A stretch of DNA of 63,065 bases, counting the filler, from Hyphochytrium catenoides (taxonomy: Eukaryota; Protista; Hyphochytriomycota): the NCBI GenBank assembly GCA_900088475.1. It is 4 parts of 4 records of this genome, joined end to end, with 100 filler letters (N's around TTAATTAATTAA, not from the genome) between each part and the next. Parts side by side here need not be neighbours in the genome. Positions count along the whole stretch, not along the records: positions 22,526 to 53,904 come from FLMG01002872.1; 3 more parts are not named here. The stretch is one strand, 5' to 3'. The position numbers and the translations under genes were made by a program. Below are positions 22,526-35,314 of the stretch, piece after piece. Each line of letters starts with the position of its first letter. Positions within the stretch are counted from its first letter, which is position 1. The notes beneath the pieces are model-generated. The model was not told where the DNA came from. It did not search any database and saw nothing but the letters and a program-made list of their open reading frames with translations.

Positions 22526-25389
22526 GCCCCACTACGAAGAAGAAGCGCCATAGCGCGGCCCCAGCAGGAGTCCGACAAGAGACAGCACGAAAGAAGCAAC
22601 AGACCAAGAAGGCAGCACGGGGAACATGAACCACGCCATGATGCCACTATCTGATATACTTGAGCGGCTTAGCTCATCGGCTAGCCGTTGGAAGAAGAGA
22701 GATGAGCTGTTCATGCATGTTAGCCTTAAAGGTAATAGAGCGCCTGCCACAATAAAATGAACGAGTTATAGTTCTATAGTGGATCCGTCACCTGCCTCCT
22801 CTCCCATGAGATATTCTTCTGCAAGATCTTGCACGTACTTCGGTTGAAGCAGTGGCACATTTTAGGTCTACTAGGGAGGTGGAAAACAAAGACGAACAAA
22901 AGGAAAAGAGCTGGTCTTACGCTTAGTCTTGAGGGTACTTTATAGAGAACGGAAGGAATCCAGACGAGGACAGACTTGTCCTCGGAGAAGAGGACGGCTC
23001 AAGATCATTGGTTGCGGAAGCAGCATGCGGGGTTGACTAGTGACTGTGGTTGCCGTGGCCTTGGGACTGAGGAGTCGGCCGCTCATGTGAACCACATGGG
23101 CGCGCTGTGGAAGCGTACTTGTCTGGTTGGTCCTTACTGTTTTACTTCTGTCCACAGCGAATGGTTTTGGTGCCAGGGCGTCTTGGAGGTCCGAAAGTGG
23201 TCTTAAGGCGGCGACTTTGTCCTTGAGAAGCCTGAGCATCAAGATTCAATTGTCAGACGGTCGGATCTGCTCTCGAGCAGTGAGCACGGCTGCATAGGAG
23301 TCCAGTGGCCTGTCTAGACAGACAAGTCACTTCCTCGTCCTCGTCTATAGTGATAAAATTTGAATGTGAGAATAATGGCGGTCGTGCGATTGAGAAGAGA
23401 AGTCATAGTTCCTCTGCTTGAGGGCTGGCCAGGCACCGTTCGCATTGTTGGCTCTGCGGAGTGCCGGTCTTCAAACGAGGAGGGCGATGCCTGCCAAGAG
23501 GTTAGGCACCGTTGTCCTTTCCCGTGACCTCAATAACGGCTGACTCTTCAGCGCCCTGCATCCTCTGGCCGGACTTTTCAGCGCTGGATTTATATGGCGC
23601 CGGCGGCTCGATGACGCATCAAGTAACGGACCTTGAACAGCTAAAACTTCGATGCGTCAGAGTACTGCCCTGCAGCTTCTATCTGCGGTTCTCGAAGGTG
23701 GCGGCGCCCATTCTAAGCGATTGGTGGGCTTGGACCGAAAGAAAGTAGTTAAAAGTTGCAATGGAGCTTGCTGTTGTTAGCACCCATGTTCAGATCCCAT
23801 CACTTAAGCAAAGCACAAGGATACCAACAAGAAGGTCCATCACAGCTTTAACTTTGTCCGAGGCTTCTAATCTACGAGCCAGAGACACAGTGCTATCTTG
23901 ATGACAGTGACTAGGAGTAGGCTCTGGATTCATGTGTGGCTATTCACTCTAAAGTCTGACCTTAATATCATCAGACTTTTGCTATAGAATACTACCTCAG
24001 CAAACTGTGCCGCGGAAGAAAAGCGAAATATAGATTAGCAAGAGCCAAGATAGGGGTGGCTAGCACCATGGGCTGGCCGAGCTACTCCTCAATATGTTGC
24101 CTGATTAGGGACAACTAGATAGAGGTTCTCGTAAATTACTGAGCTCCGCAACAACGCTGTCAAAGAGTTCACGATTGTCCGTGATAGACAGAGGTACTTC
24201 TTGGGTCTACAGTCTCGGAGGGAGTGCCGCTGCGCCGACCTCGGGACAAAGGTCCGCTCAAAGATGCAGTGCCATCCTCGTCCGCAAGCTCAAGCGAAGA
24301 TTGACCACTGTCAATGTGTCTGCGATCTGCGATCTGAGATCTGCGGCGGATCGTCGTTGACTTCGCAACTTTTTTAGCGAGTAGCTCTCCATTTCTTTCT
24401 TTTCGTTCCTTCATTCTACCCAAAAATAGTTTCGGAGAGGGGATATTTCGGCGAGATTCGCTACACTTCTACTTCCGAGCGGTATGCCTGTTCGAAATCA
24501 AGAAAGGCAGCTCCGAAATGGAGATTTGTAGCCGAAAGTACTGTATAGTGCTAAAGAATCATAACATGCAGGTCGCCTTGTTTTACAGGTCCCTCTCTCT
24601 CTGGACTCTCCCACTCAATCAAGCTTCCTCTGTCTTTCATCTCTCTCTAGCTAAAGTACGGCTTTCACATACCTCGCGCATTGTGGAGCACATATCCATC
24701 CTACTCTGTCTCTTCGCCAAGAAACTCTGTCTCTCCTCTCTCTCGCTCTCTCTCTCTATTTATAACCTATCATTTTCTCTCTCTCTCTCCCGCTCTTTCT
24801 CTCTCCTCTCCTGGTATCCATATTTGGCGGGAAAAAGGTGATAGGTGATAGGAATAANNNNNNNNNNNNNNNNNNNNNNNNNNNNNNNNNNNNNNNNNNN
24901 NNNNNNNNNNNNNNNNNNNNNNNNNNNNNNNNNNNNNNNNNNNNNNNNNNNNNNNNNNNNNNNNNNNNNNNNNNNNNNNNNNNNNNNNNNNNNNNNNNNN
25001 NNNNNNNNNNNNNNNNNNNNNNNNNTCTTTCTCTCTCTCTCTCTCTTTCTGTATCTTTCTCTCTGTCTAGAGCTACCGAGGAGTAGTGCAGCTGCCCATG
25101 AACTGAGAGGAAAAAAGAGGGAGAGAGAGAGAGAGATGGGGAGAGGCGAAGAGAAGCGCAAGATCTTCTTCCAGATCGAATGTTCTTAGAAGATAACAAG
25201 GTAGCAGGAGCAGGAGACCAAAAGCGAAAGAGCACGGGCGGGAAAGAAGGAGACGAGATCTGCCGCGCTTCGGCGCTCTCTCTTTCTGCTCTCAGAGAGG
25301 CAGAATCATAGCAGAAAAGCAATAGCAGGTGTAGAGAGTGAGAGAGAGAGAGAGAAAGAGAGAAAGAGAACGACGTTAACGACATAAAT

Positions 25390-26129
25390 ATGAAGATCGA
25401 GGCTGCGTCCTCCTCTGGTGCCCTCGGCCTCCTAGAAGCGCGTTCCCCTCTTCCTCACTCTCTGGCAGGTCCTGGCCGAGGGAAAGAAGGGACGGTCTGC
25501 AGTTCTCTTCTCTCTTTCTCCCCAAGAAAGCTCCGTCCTCGGCGCCCTGCCTCTCTAACAAACGCCATGCCAACAGTCCAGAGAAGGAGCAAACCCCGTC
25601 TCTCTCCCTCCCCTTTTTCTCCTTTCTCTAAAGAACAAGAAGAGGAAAAGAGAAAGAGTCTTCTTCACTCTAAGCCTATCACTGAAGAGAGGGAGACGAT
25701 GCGGCAAGGAGGGAGAGAGACGCCGCCTTCTCTCTCTCTTCCTCCTCGCTCCTTGAAGAGAAGTCGGACAATCCTGCAGGGGCGGCGCTGCACCTTCACA
25801 AGCGCGGAGATCATGGAGTTTGAGCCTACTTTATATACAGCGTCAGTGCCTTGTGCGGGAGGGGCGCCCCTGGGGCTGAGCTCGGTCTTGAGAGACAGAA
25901 GAATAAGGAGAATAGACTCTTTTGAGCATGAGAGACAAGGGTAAGTGCTCGCTCTATCCTCTTTTCTCTCTTCCTCTTTGTTGAACTAGTTTTCTATTCT
26001 CTCTCTCCTTTCGTTGGCGAACTCTCTTCTCTCTCTTTTCACTGTCTGTTGTCTCTCCAATATACCGTCTTTCACTTCTCTGAGGGTTATCGCAGAGCCT
26101 CTCTCATCTCCACTCAACCTCTCTCTCTG

Positions 26130-26162
<33 letters not shown>

Positions 26163-26289
26163 CTTCCTTTCTTTCTCTTTCGCTAGTGCTGTGGGCCGCA
26201 AGCGTGTGGACCGTCAAGAGTACATGCGGCACGGTTATGTTCCTCCTGACAGGAGAAGAGAGATCCTTCAAAGGCGCGGCCATCGCTCG
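25390..26289 (+). CDS. Hypothetical protein with a CSRNP_N-like motif (3' end obscured by an N gap)
   Basis: RRCTFTSAEIMEFEPTLYTASVPCAGGAPLGL...IDSFEHERQ, intron from ~25942 to ~26186, then AVGRKRVDRQEYMRHGYVPPDRRREILQ; resembles the V.F..V..F....SVP..GG..LG pattern. Confidence 0.45.
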
Positions 26290-27202
26290 NNNNNNNNNNN
26301 NNNNNNNNNNNNNNNNNNNNNNNNNNNNNNNNNNCTCCTCAGAGAGAGAGAGAAACGGAGCCTCTACACAGCTGCCATCGTACTCTCCGGGGACATCAGA
26401 TCTTCATGTCTTCTTGCCCTCGGGTTACCCGGCTGCAGGAGAAGCAATAGGCATCTCGGATCTCTTCTGAAGAGAACTCTGCTTTATTATTTCCACTCTC
26501 TCTTCTGTTCCTTGCTCTCCCTGTATTGGCTATTCCCTGTTCCGCGGCTTCTATCTCTCCTTCTCTCGTCTCCTGTTCTTGTTAAAACCTTTTGCTGAGA
26601 TGTTGGTCTGTGCTGCTCAAGCCCTAGGAGTAACGTAAAGCGAAAAAAAAAACGAAAGAGAGAGAGAGAGAGGGAGAGAGAGAAAGGAAGAAAGAAAGAG
26701 AGAAAGTCAGTGAACTCGAAGATGGAAGATGCGTCGCAGACGGCGACGCGCGGGCAGAAAGTTAGAGGACGACGGACTGTTCTAACTGTACACTTTGACT
26801 GTTTTTGCTTATAACCGCTGTTTATATAGATATCCATGAATGTTGAATCCTCTCGGTCTGCTCTCATCCTTTCCCTTCCCAGGCCACTTCCTCTCTTTTC
26901 CTCCTGAAGGGCCGTGTTTCTGCGGCTAGAATTCAACTGTCTCTCTTAGTCCACGCCTCTCTTTCTTTCGTGCGCCAGATCGCTTGATGACTCTGTTTAA
27001 TGAGAAGAGAGAGAGAGAGAGTGAAGGAGGCCCATATTCTAACCTACGTCATCTCTCTCATTCTATGTGGTCATTTTCTAGGCTATTCCCTTTCTCTCTT
27101 TCCGCTCTCTGTGTCTCATTCTTTTTCCGTAGAAGAAAGGAAGGCAGTCAGGTGCCCGGAAGCCTTATTGTTGGCGCTTTAGAGGGTCGCCTGTCTCGCA
27201 GT

Positions 27203-30200
27203 CTAGGTGGCTCGGGTCCCATTGCTTGCCTGCTGCTGCTCTGCCTCAAAAAGCGCTACAGTCTCCAGCTCAGAAAGAGTCAAAACCTCCGCGTCAGGTT
27301 CCTTTTGGACGTAAGAAGAGGAACGGGACTTAGTGCTCTACAGGAGTCGACCATTACGCTGCCTTTCTCTGTCTCTCTCTTTCTCTTCTTTCATACACTG
27401 GAAAAAACCGACTGTCCTTTCCTTATCATTGCAACGATAGACTGCGTTGCTTTTGCTTTCTGATAAAATAAATGTCTCTCTTTCCTCTTTCTGTCTCCAG
27501 TCTCTCTCTTTTTTTTAGTTAAATTTCTCACCGGGTGTATTCTATAGAGGACTAACCCAGCCAGCACCACCACGAAGCTGATCAGGTCGCATAGTAGCTT
27601 GGCAATATGCTATTGGTCCAGACAGTGGTGAGGGGAAACAGGAGAGAGCGATGCGAGGCGCCAGAGGGAGAGGAGAGAGAGAGAGAGATCTAGTAAGTCA
27701 AGGGAACCCAAGAGAGCCCAAGACCCCGGGATGTCGTCGATGCTATCCCAAGAGCAGTCAGATAACAGGCCAAAGAAGTACGGCTCGAGGCTCGAAGAGA
27801 AGATTCTAGATGCAAAGAAAAGGAAAGGCGCGCTGAAAGAGAGACACAGGAGATTGGGAGAAAGAGAGACAGAGGAAATTGGGAGAAAGAGAGACATGGC
27901 CAACTGAACGCTTTGCCTCTGTGTACAGATAAGCCACTGACCAGGCGACCTACTGCCAGGTCATAGATTTCTAGGGCCACAGCGGCCAACACGAACGAGG
28001 CCGTCACGCCAATATACGTCGCGGTAATGCTAGAAGACGGAACACAGGGTCAGACAAGATAGAGGGCGACAGAGGGTGGGAGAGAGAGCAGAAGAAGAAA
28101 AACAATGGGATAGAGGCACCTGGAGCCTAAACAACTCACGCTAAGAGAGAGTGAAAAAGAAAGAGGAAAGAGCGCGAGAGGGAGACAAAAAGAGAGGAAT
28201 ATAGAGAAAGAAAGCTCCAGAGACGGTCGGAGGGGAACAGTTTCTGTACCTTGATCTCTTGACCAGTTGTATCATGACGAGGCCCATGACGATGTTCAAT
28301 AGGATATACATCAAGGCAAGAAGGAAGCCAAGCTTGAGACATGTGCATCATGGGAATTAGAGACGGAAGAGAGAGAGAAAAAAAAAGATGTAAGAGTAAG
28401 CTACTTCCTTGCCGCTTCAACCAATAAACGGCAGTCTTACCCCGCAGTGAAGATCGTGATCGTACTGATTTCCTTCAAATATACAGATAAATGCGTCGAG
28501 TCTTTGCCCGGCCCTCATACCCTGAGAGTGACAATCTTAGAGAAGAGAAAGAGCGACGCCAGGAGAGACAGAGTGACAGAGAGGAACAAGAAAGAGCAAC
28601 GCAATGGGGGAGAGAGAGCGGGTACCCTAAATGTACAAAAGATGACAACCAAAAGGAGATAGAGTTGGAATATAGCGCTTGATTGAGACAAAAAGAGATA
28701 TAGAGAAAGACTAAGCGTGAGTTAGTAGGAAAAGGGGACAATGATCATTCAAGTGCTGGAATAAACGCCAGGGAGCGAGCGAGAGACAGAAGTGAGAGAG
28801 AGAAAGAGAGAGGCGACAGCACTGAGTATAATTCTTACGTAGAACGCCATAAAAGCTGGTGCGCACAAAAGGGCAATGACAAACTCGAAGAGTGAAACCC
28901 AAGCGTTTAAATAGAAGATGTCCATAGGGCGAGAACTGATTGAGCGCTCCTTGTAGAGTGTGGAGAGTGCGCCCAGAACAGTTGAAAGCAGATAAAGAAG
29001 GCTGCAAGGGGAGCGTTTGCACAATTTAAGAAGAGGAGGGCCACAAGACAAAAGGCCACAGCGAGAGAGAGAAAGAGTGAGAACGAAGACGACGAGCTTT
29101 ATCAAGAGTGGCAGCTAAGGAGACTGAGCAATCAGACATCAGAGAGAAACGGAGGGAGAGACCAGAGAGAGGAGAACTTTGCAGGCCCATGCGAAGTAGG
29201 GTTTGGGTGCGAACACGCTCTATGGAGGTGCGAATGACAAGGACGATAGACGATAGAGAGAGCGCACACCGCTGCTTCGCGTAAGAAAGGGATATGGAGA
29301 AAAGTAGAGGACAGAGAAGTACCTACCTGCTCCATGACTGACTCTCATGCTTCCCACTAAAGAATCTTTTAATAAGGAAGAGGGAGGCAGAGGGCAAGTG
29401 AGAGAACGAATAGTGCGCAAGGCAGGGGGGAGGAGGCGAGTCCAGAGAGAGCAATGAATGATGTTGCTTAGCTTACCCTGCAAGTGCTGGAGAGATAGCT
29501 ACTATCACTCCTACTGTTATAAGAGAAGCACCAGCGACGTGTAGCCTGTCAAACCTGGAGAGCGAACGAGTGAAAATGAGAGGAGTCAGAGAAAGACTGG
29601 AAAGATTTGGAAGCTCCTCTTAGGGATATAGGCAAGGACCGCAAATCATCGGCGGAAGGAGAGAGACGCATCTTAGTACCGCTCAGGATTCAAGATAGGC
29701 ATTAGGAGCCTTGGTAAAAACGAAACTGGAAGAAGGAAAAAGGAGAAAAACTAAAGAAGAATGGCAGCTGACGAGGGTAGAAAAGGGATAACGCACTTCA
29801 CTCCCTTAGCAAAGGCTGATAGGACCATGGTCAGTGGTACGATGGTCTGAGTTACGAAGGGGGGATAGAGTTACAAGGAAATTAGGGAAGTTAGAGATGG
29901 TTAGCTTCTTTGTCTCTTTTTACTTCCTTAGAGAGAGTAGAGAGAGTATGAAGGCAAAGAGTGCTGGATCGCAGTCTGACACGGATTCAAAGGACGGAAG
30001 AGAGAGAGAGAGAGGAACCGCACAGATAGGAGGTAAATGCAGATGAAAGAGAGGTAAAGGACGAGCATAGGTAAATGGAAAGTCCTCCTTCATCACCTGG
30101 AGGAGGAGTACTGTGAGATATCCTGAGACGTTGGAGGCATTAATCAGCATAATTAACATCTGCAGACGAACGGAGGAACATTGAGGGAGTGAGACAGAGA

Positions 30201-31556
30201 GACTCTACCAGCCCAGGATAGCGAGAGAGTTAGTAGTATGACACAGTGGTACATACAGTATAGAAAGAGGACAAAGGAGAGGCAAAATGGAGATGTTGTG
30301 AGTGACAGAGAGAGAGAAAGAGAAACAGCCCCCGTCTGGCCATAGAATGGGGAATGGAATAACAGAGAAAGACAGAATAGAAAGAGGGCTGTCCATAATT
30401 CAAACCTGTGCCAGGTCCAACACCGCCATCAGTAGAAACTTTTGCTTGGGGAACCTGCTGATCTCGTCGGAGATACCTTCCTGAAAGGAGAGAAGGAATC
30501 GTCTATATCTTGCTGCACGTTTCGCAGACGACGAAGGGGCAAATAAAAAGGAAGGATGGAAGGCGAGAGATGGCGGTGGAAATGAAGAGAACGAAGAGAG
30601 CACGAGAGAATGTAGGTCAAAGTCACCGGAAGGCACTAGAGAGCCTCTGATAGTAGAGCGGAAGCGAAGCCCCAGGGCGAGAGGGACAACAGAAGGGAGG
30701 AGTTATTCCGCACAGAGGAGGGAGAAAGGTTGACCGAGAGACAGTGAGAGATAAAGGAGAAGAATCGCTGCGCACCCGCCGATAGCTCTTCCTCCAGACC
30801 ATGGCGAAGCAGACAGGGACGAAGGATCCTGTGAAGACAAGAGAGAGGAAGTACCTGCATAGAAAAGAGTGAAACAAATGCTCGTGCCGTGGAACGGATA
30901 TGAAATGCACATAAAGGAGGCAGAGGATGACACACGAAGAGAGAGAGCAATGGCAAAGAGAAAGAGGCGTAGAGGAGTAGTACTAGAAAGGAGAGAGTGA
31001 TAAGAAGGCAATGAAAGGAGTGATAGCGCTGCTGAGACAGAAGAAGCGAAGGAGAGCACATCGTTACCCATAGGGCGGCATCACGTCTACCACCAGTTTG
31101 AAGAGAATCCTCTCCGAGGCTCCAGCCAGCGCCAATAGTAGAATGCCCACGAGCGTGAGTACCGTCTTGTAAGCGATAGAGAGGGGTGAATGGCAATGGA
31201 AGCGGGAGAGAGAGTGTGTGAGAGAGACGGAGAGCTCAAGAAAGAGAGATGTGCTCCAGGCTGAAAGAGTTGAAGCCAGGTCAGGATGTCACCAGCCTTG
31301 CGGCGCTCAAGTACAAGGCAAATAGAGAAATCCAGCAAAAGAGATGATTAGAGAGAAAGAGAGCGCGAGAGAGAGACAGAGACAAAGAGAGAGAGGAAAG
31401 AAGAGAGAGCCTCTGAAAGCCTACATGCGTTCCTGACGGAAAGGACCACCGCGTCCACCAGCTGGATGAACTAGCATCTTTCCCGCTGGAGCCCCAATGT
31501 GTCGTCCCAGCTTTACTGAAGTCCAAAGACGTGGGGCCCGATGATGGTTTACCCAT
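27203..31556 (-). CDS. CRT-like (chloroquine resistance transporter/CLT family, DMT superfamily) transporter, multi-exon; true start may lie further upstream
   Basis: Spliced segments TVLTLVGILLLALAGASERILFKLVVDVMPPY, FLSLVFTGSFVPVCFAMVW, FPKQKFLLMAVLDLAQ, NVSGYLTVLLLQ, GALSTLYKE..MDIFYLNAWVSLFEF, VVLAGLVLYRIHP|EPD..RAT*. Confidence 0.8.
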
Positions 31557-32343
31557 CTGCTCTCTGTCTCTCCTTCTCTCTCTCCCTTTTTGCTTCCCTT
31601 CTTGCCCTCTTCTTTTTCTACTCTCTCACACGCTGTCTCTCTCTCGCGCACGCTTCCACCAAGTCGCTTTCCCTTGAATGTCAAGGAGATGTCAGTCGCC
31701 ACCGCAGCGGCCTCGTACAGAGCGCCTCGTAGCAGAGCTCGACTGCCTCTTCACCTCAAGCAGATTCGCCTCAGTCTCATCCTTCTTGTGACCTGCAGAG
31801 ATAGCCAGGGAGATGATGCTCCTTTCGCTCGCCTCTCTCGCACTTCTATGTCTCTCTCTCTCTCTCTCTCTCCCTGTCTGTGTCCTCCTTCTGATTAAGT
31901 CCTTGCATGTGTATGGAGTGCGGGAGGTGATGACAGTGATGAGGCGAGAAGAGAGAGAGGGAGGGCACAGGTGAGAGGGTTTATTGGTGCTTTTGTCTTG
32001 ATGCTGCTTATGTTCCCACCCCGCACCTACCTCCTCTTCTCGTCTCCGTATCCTTTATCCTTTCCCAACCAACTCTATTATTGCAAGGCTTCTCTATCTT
32101 TTTTCTCTCCCACTCTCTCGCTCTCACTCTTTCCCACTCTCTCTCTGTCTCGCTCTCTCTGCCTAGCTCTCTCTGTCCTCTGTCCTCTGCCTCTCTCTCT
32201 CTCTTTCCTTTTCTCTCTCTCACTCTCTCTCTCTCTTGCTCTCTCTTGCTCTCGCTCTCTCTTTCTCTCTCTCTCCTCTCTCACTCTCTCTCTCGCTCTC
32301 TCTCGCTCTCTCTCGCTCTCTCTCGCTCTCTCTCTCTCTCTCG

Positions 32344-32389
<46 letters not shown>

Positions 32390-33583
32390 TTCTCTCTTTC
32401 TCTCTTTCTCTCACATCAATCATCTCTTTCTGCCACCTTTATTATCTCTATATATATTCAGTTGTATCTATCTCTGTTCATTAATTCTCAAATCCGCTCC
32501 TTTGTCATTTCTCTGTCTCTCTCCCGTTTGGCTTCTGTCTTTACTTCTCTACTTCTGTCTAGCCCGCACTACGTCTGTACTGACATAGCAATCAGATCAA
32601 TTGGAAGTTACTTTCTGAATTCTATTTCCAGTTATCGCAGTCGACCCAAACCCCCTAACAAAACAGTAGTCCTCAGAGCTTCAGAGCTCTACTATGTCTG
32701 AGTACCGATAGAACTTCCCTACTGCTGCTTATTATTACAAGCCTGTACAAGGAAGGAAGGACCATGAGGATGCCGCCGCCGCCGCCGCCCCAGAGGAGGC
32801 GCGCCCCGCCGCTCGGCTTCTCTTCCACGGTTTTCTTGTCTCTTTCCCTCTTCTGGTCCTCATTGGCCATCATGCACAGCCAGCGCTTTTTATCGTCGTC
32901 AGCATCCTCAGCCTGCCTGAATGCCAGCCTTTCTCCTCCTCTACTCTTAGGTGATTGACTGTTGCCGCTGCTTCAGCACAGAGTGACAGCAGCTCTACTA
33001 GGAACCACTACTACTTCTCTCTTTTTGTAAGCCATTGTGGTTGAGAGAGAATAGACGGCAACGCCCTTTTGCCCACTCTTTATCAACAGCTGTCTGTCTG
33101 TTGGCCTCCGCACCACCCCTGATTATATGCTCATCGTTCACTTCATAGTGGTTGTCATCATCATTCTTCTTTTATATCTCATGTTCCCGGCCACATAATC
33201 TTCCTTCAATCGCTTTGCAGCTACCGTCGTAGCAAATGAAGATAAGGCAGTATAACGTCCTCTCTGTTACATGGTTATCTATTGACGGAGCTGTTGCGGC
33301 TGTCAATCTTCATCTGCTCTTCTTCGTTTAGGTTCAAAATATACTCCAATATTATCATTATTATTTCTCAATCCTTGCAGCGGAAGACCCGATTCTTTCT
33401 CTTCGACTTCTTCGCTTCGGACGAACAAAACTATGCCAGTCTTCTCTCTGCTGGCCCTGGTACTCTCATGGTCCCCTTCATATCCTTCCACCTATGCTGG
33501 ACTCTATCTTTCTTTCATAAGCTCCTCTCCCTTGTTGACTCTTTTCCCCCACGATAGCCGTGATCTCTTCTCACCATCACCGC

Positions 33584-35314
33584 TCAAGCTGCGGTAGGAG
33601 GCTTAACCAAGCCAACCTCTTTAAGCACTCGGACATTGTAGTCCACGACACTCTCGGTGGTGTCATAGGCACAAACAGAGCCCAAATACCAGGTGTCATG
33701 CTTGCCCTGAAGGTCCAAGATGTCCCACATGAAGCCCTGAAGTGCCTGTTCCTCAAACATGCGGGGGCTGTAAGAGTAGACATTTTGCTGATGGACCTTG
33801 ACCCCCGAGAAGCCGTGAGGAGTAAGCTGGTCCTTTAGTGTGCTACGAGCCTTGCTTCTAAACTTCTGCCCCTCCTGAGAGTTGCCCATGTAGAAGCCAG
33901 GTGCCACCTTGTCAATATCATAGTGGTCATAGATTTGATAGGCAACGGTGTATTTGGTCGAGTCATCCATAGACCCGCCTGTGAATGGGGTGAAGTCAAT
34001 GAGAGCTGTGGTATGGCCTAGCTGCTCCTTGTTGTCGAAGTCAACGAGAACGTCGGTGAAGAAGACGGTGGGGCCATGAAGGCCTGGGATCTTGTTGTTC
34101 GTAACATTGTTATAGAATTTGGACTCGGAAGAGAAGAGAGTGCCCACAATCGTCGAAGTATCACGAGGGGCAAACAGACGCTTCTCTTCCTTGGTGGCGT
34201 CGAGCCATCCGCCAGGAGCAACAGCGTTGGTTGGGTCCGCAGCGATGATGAGGAAGTCAAACTCTTGAGTCTGTACTGGACCTTCTTCCCGGCTGCCTGC
34301 CTTCCTCTGTGCGAACTCTACTACCACTGGTGCGTCCTGCTTCGCGTTTGCATGCTTCTTCGCGCCTTTATTTCTTTTAATGGACTTGATCTCTACGCCA
34401 GTCTTGAACTTAGCAACGGAGTTGTCCGCCAGCTTCCTGAAGAGCCCGTGGAAGCCTCCTTTGATTCTCATGAAAGGGTTGATGACGAAAGCAGAAGGAT
34501 CCACACCGAAGTCACAAATATCTCCGAAGACTTCCTTAGGACAGCGGGACAGGAAGAGTCCAAAGTACTGGGGTACTAGGAAGGTAAACAGGTAGAACTT
34601 GGTGATTCTCACATTGCTTCCATAGCCATAGAGAGTGTTCGCGAAGGCCACCATGGCGCCAAGCTCAGGGCAGTTAATTTCTTCAAAGTATTGCTTGGCA
34701 GACCCCTGAAGTTTCCCTTTCAGGATCTGGGTAGGGATGCGCTTGGGGAGACGGGAGGTAGGGTCTATGTAAGGGCCGACGATCTGCGTCCAGTCGTCAG
34801 TGTACTTCTGGAGACACTGGACCACTCTTCCTTTCATAGTCTCTCTATCGGCATCTTTGTCTCCGGTGTAGCTCCTCACGGTATCAAAGAAGGTTTCCTC
34901 ATAGTCCACTACTTCCTTTGGGGACTGGTTAAGCTTCATCGACATACCGACCGGAGGGTCACGGCTGGTCGAGTTCTCTACACCGAGGCCCAGCTTGAAG
35001 ATGAGCGGGAGGAGGTTGCGGTAGCCCACGGTCAGGAGCACAGCTCCAGTGTCGATGGTAGACATGTTGGTGCCTTTAGGGCCGCCGGTGACTTTGCCGC
35101 CGACATAGTTCAAGCGCTCGAGCACCGTAATATCTGTGTATCCTTCCTGAGTCAGAGCGTAGGACATGTGGATCCCAGCAGGGCCAGCGCCAACGATGAC
35201 AATCCTGTCATTCTTCTGCGGAACTCGGCTTGGCGTCGAGTTGGCTGCAGCTTCTCCCGCGAGAGAGAAGAGGAGACAGGCTCCAATGGTAGCGAAAGAG
35301 AGCCAACGCGGCAT
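33584..35314 (-). CDS. Intronless FAD-dependent oxidoreductase with signal peptide, similar to polyunsaturated/polyenoic fatty acid isomerases (PAI/PFI-like; flavin amine oxidase fold), 576 aa
   Basis: ATG 35314 MPRWLSFATIGACLLFSLAGEAAA (signal peptide); RIVIVGAGPAG..LERLNYVGGK (GxGxxG plus GG motif); IDTGA; C-terminal YSPR..LQGKHDTWYLGS..YDTTESVVDY. Confidence 0.8.
   Translation of the reverse strand: MPRWLSFATIGACLLFSLAGEAAANSTPSRVPQKNDRIVIVGAGPAGIHMSYALTQEGYTDITVLERLNYVGGKVTGGPKGTNMSTIDTGAVLLTVGYRNLLPLIFKLGLGVENSTSRDPPVGMSMKLNQSPKEVVDYEETFFDTVRSYTGDKDADRETMKGRVVQCLQKYTDDWTQIVGPYIDPTSRLPKRIPTQILKGKLQGSAKQYFEEINCPELGAMVAFANTLYGYGSNVRITKFYLFTFLVPQYFGLFLSRCPKEVFGDICDFGVDPSAFVINPFMRIKGGFHGLFRKLADNSVAKFKTGVEIKSIKRNKGAKKHANAKQDAPVVVEFAQRKAGSREEGPVQTQEFDFLIIAADPTNAVAPGGWLDATKEEKRLFAPRDTSTIVGTLFSSESKFYNNVTNNKIPGLHGPTVFFTDVLVDFDNKEQLGHTTALIDFTPFTGGSMDDSTKYTVAYQIYDHYDIDKVAPGFYMGNSQEGQKFRSKARSTLKDQLTPHGFSGVKVHQQNVYSYSPRMFEEQALQGFMWDILDLQGKHDTWYLGSVCAYDTTESVVDYNVRVLKEVGLVKPPTAA

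Noticed and set aside
32673-32873. Possible first exon of the CRT-like gene
   Set aside because: Could not be joined in frame to the downstream exons without stops
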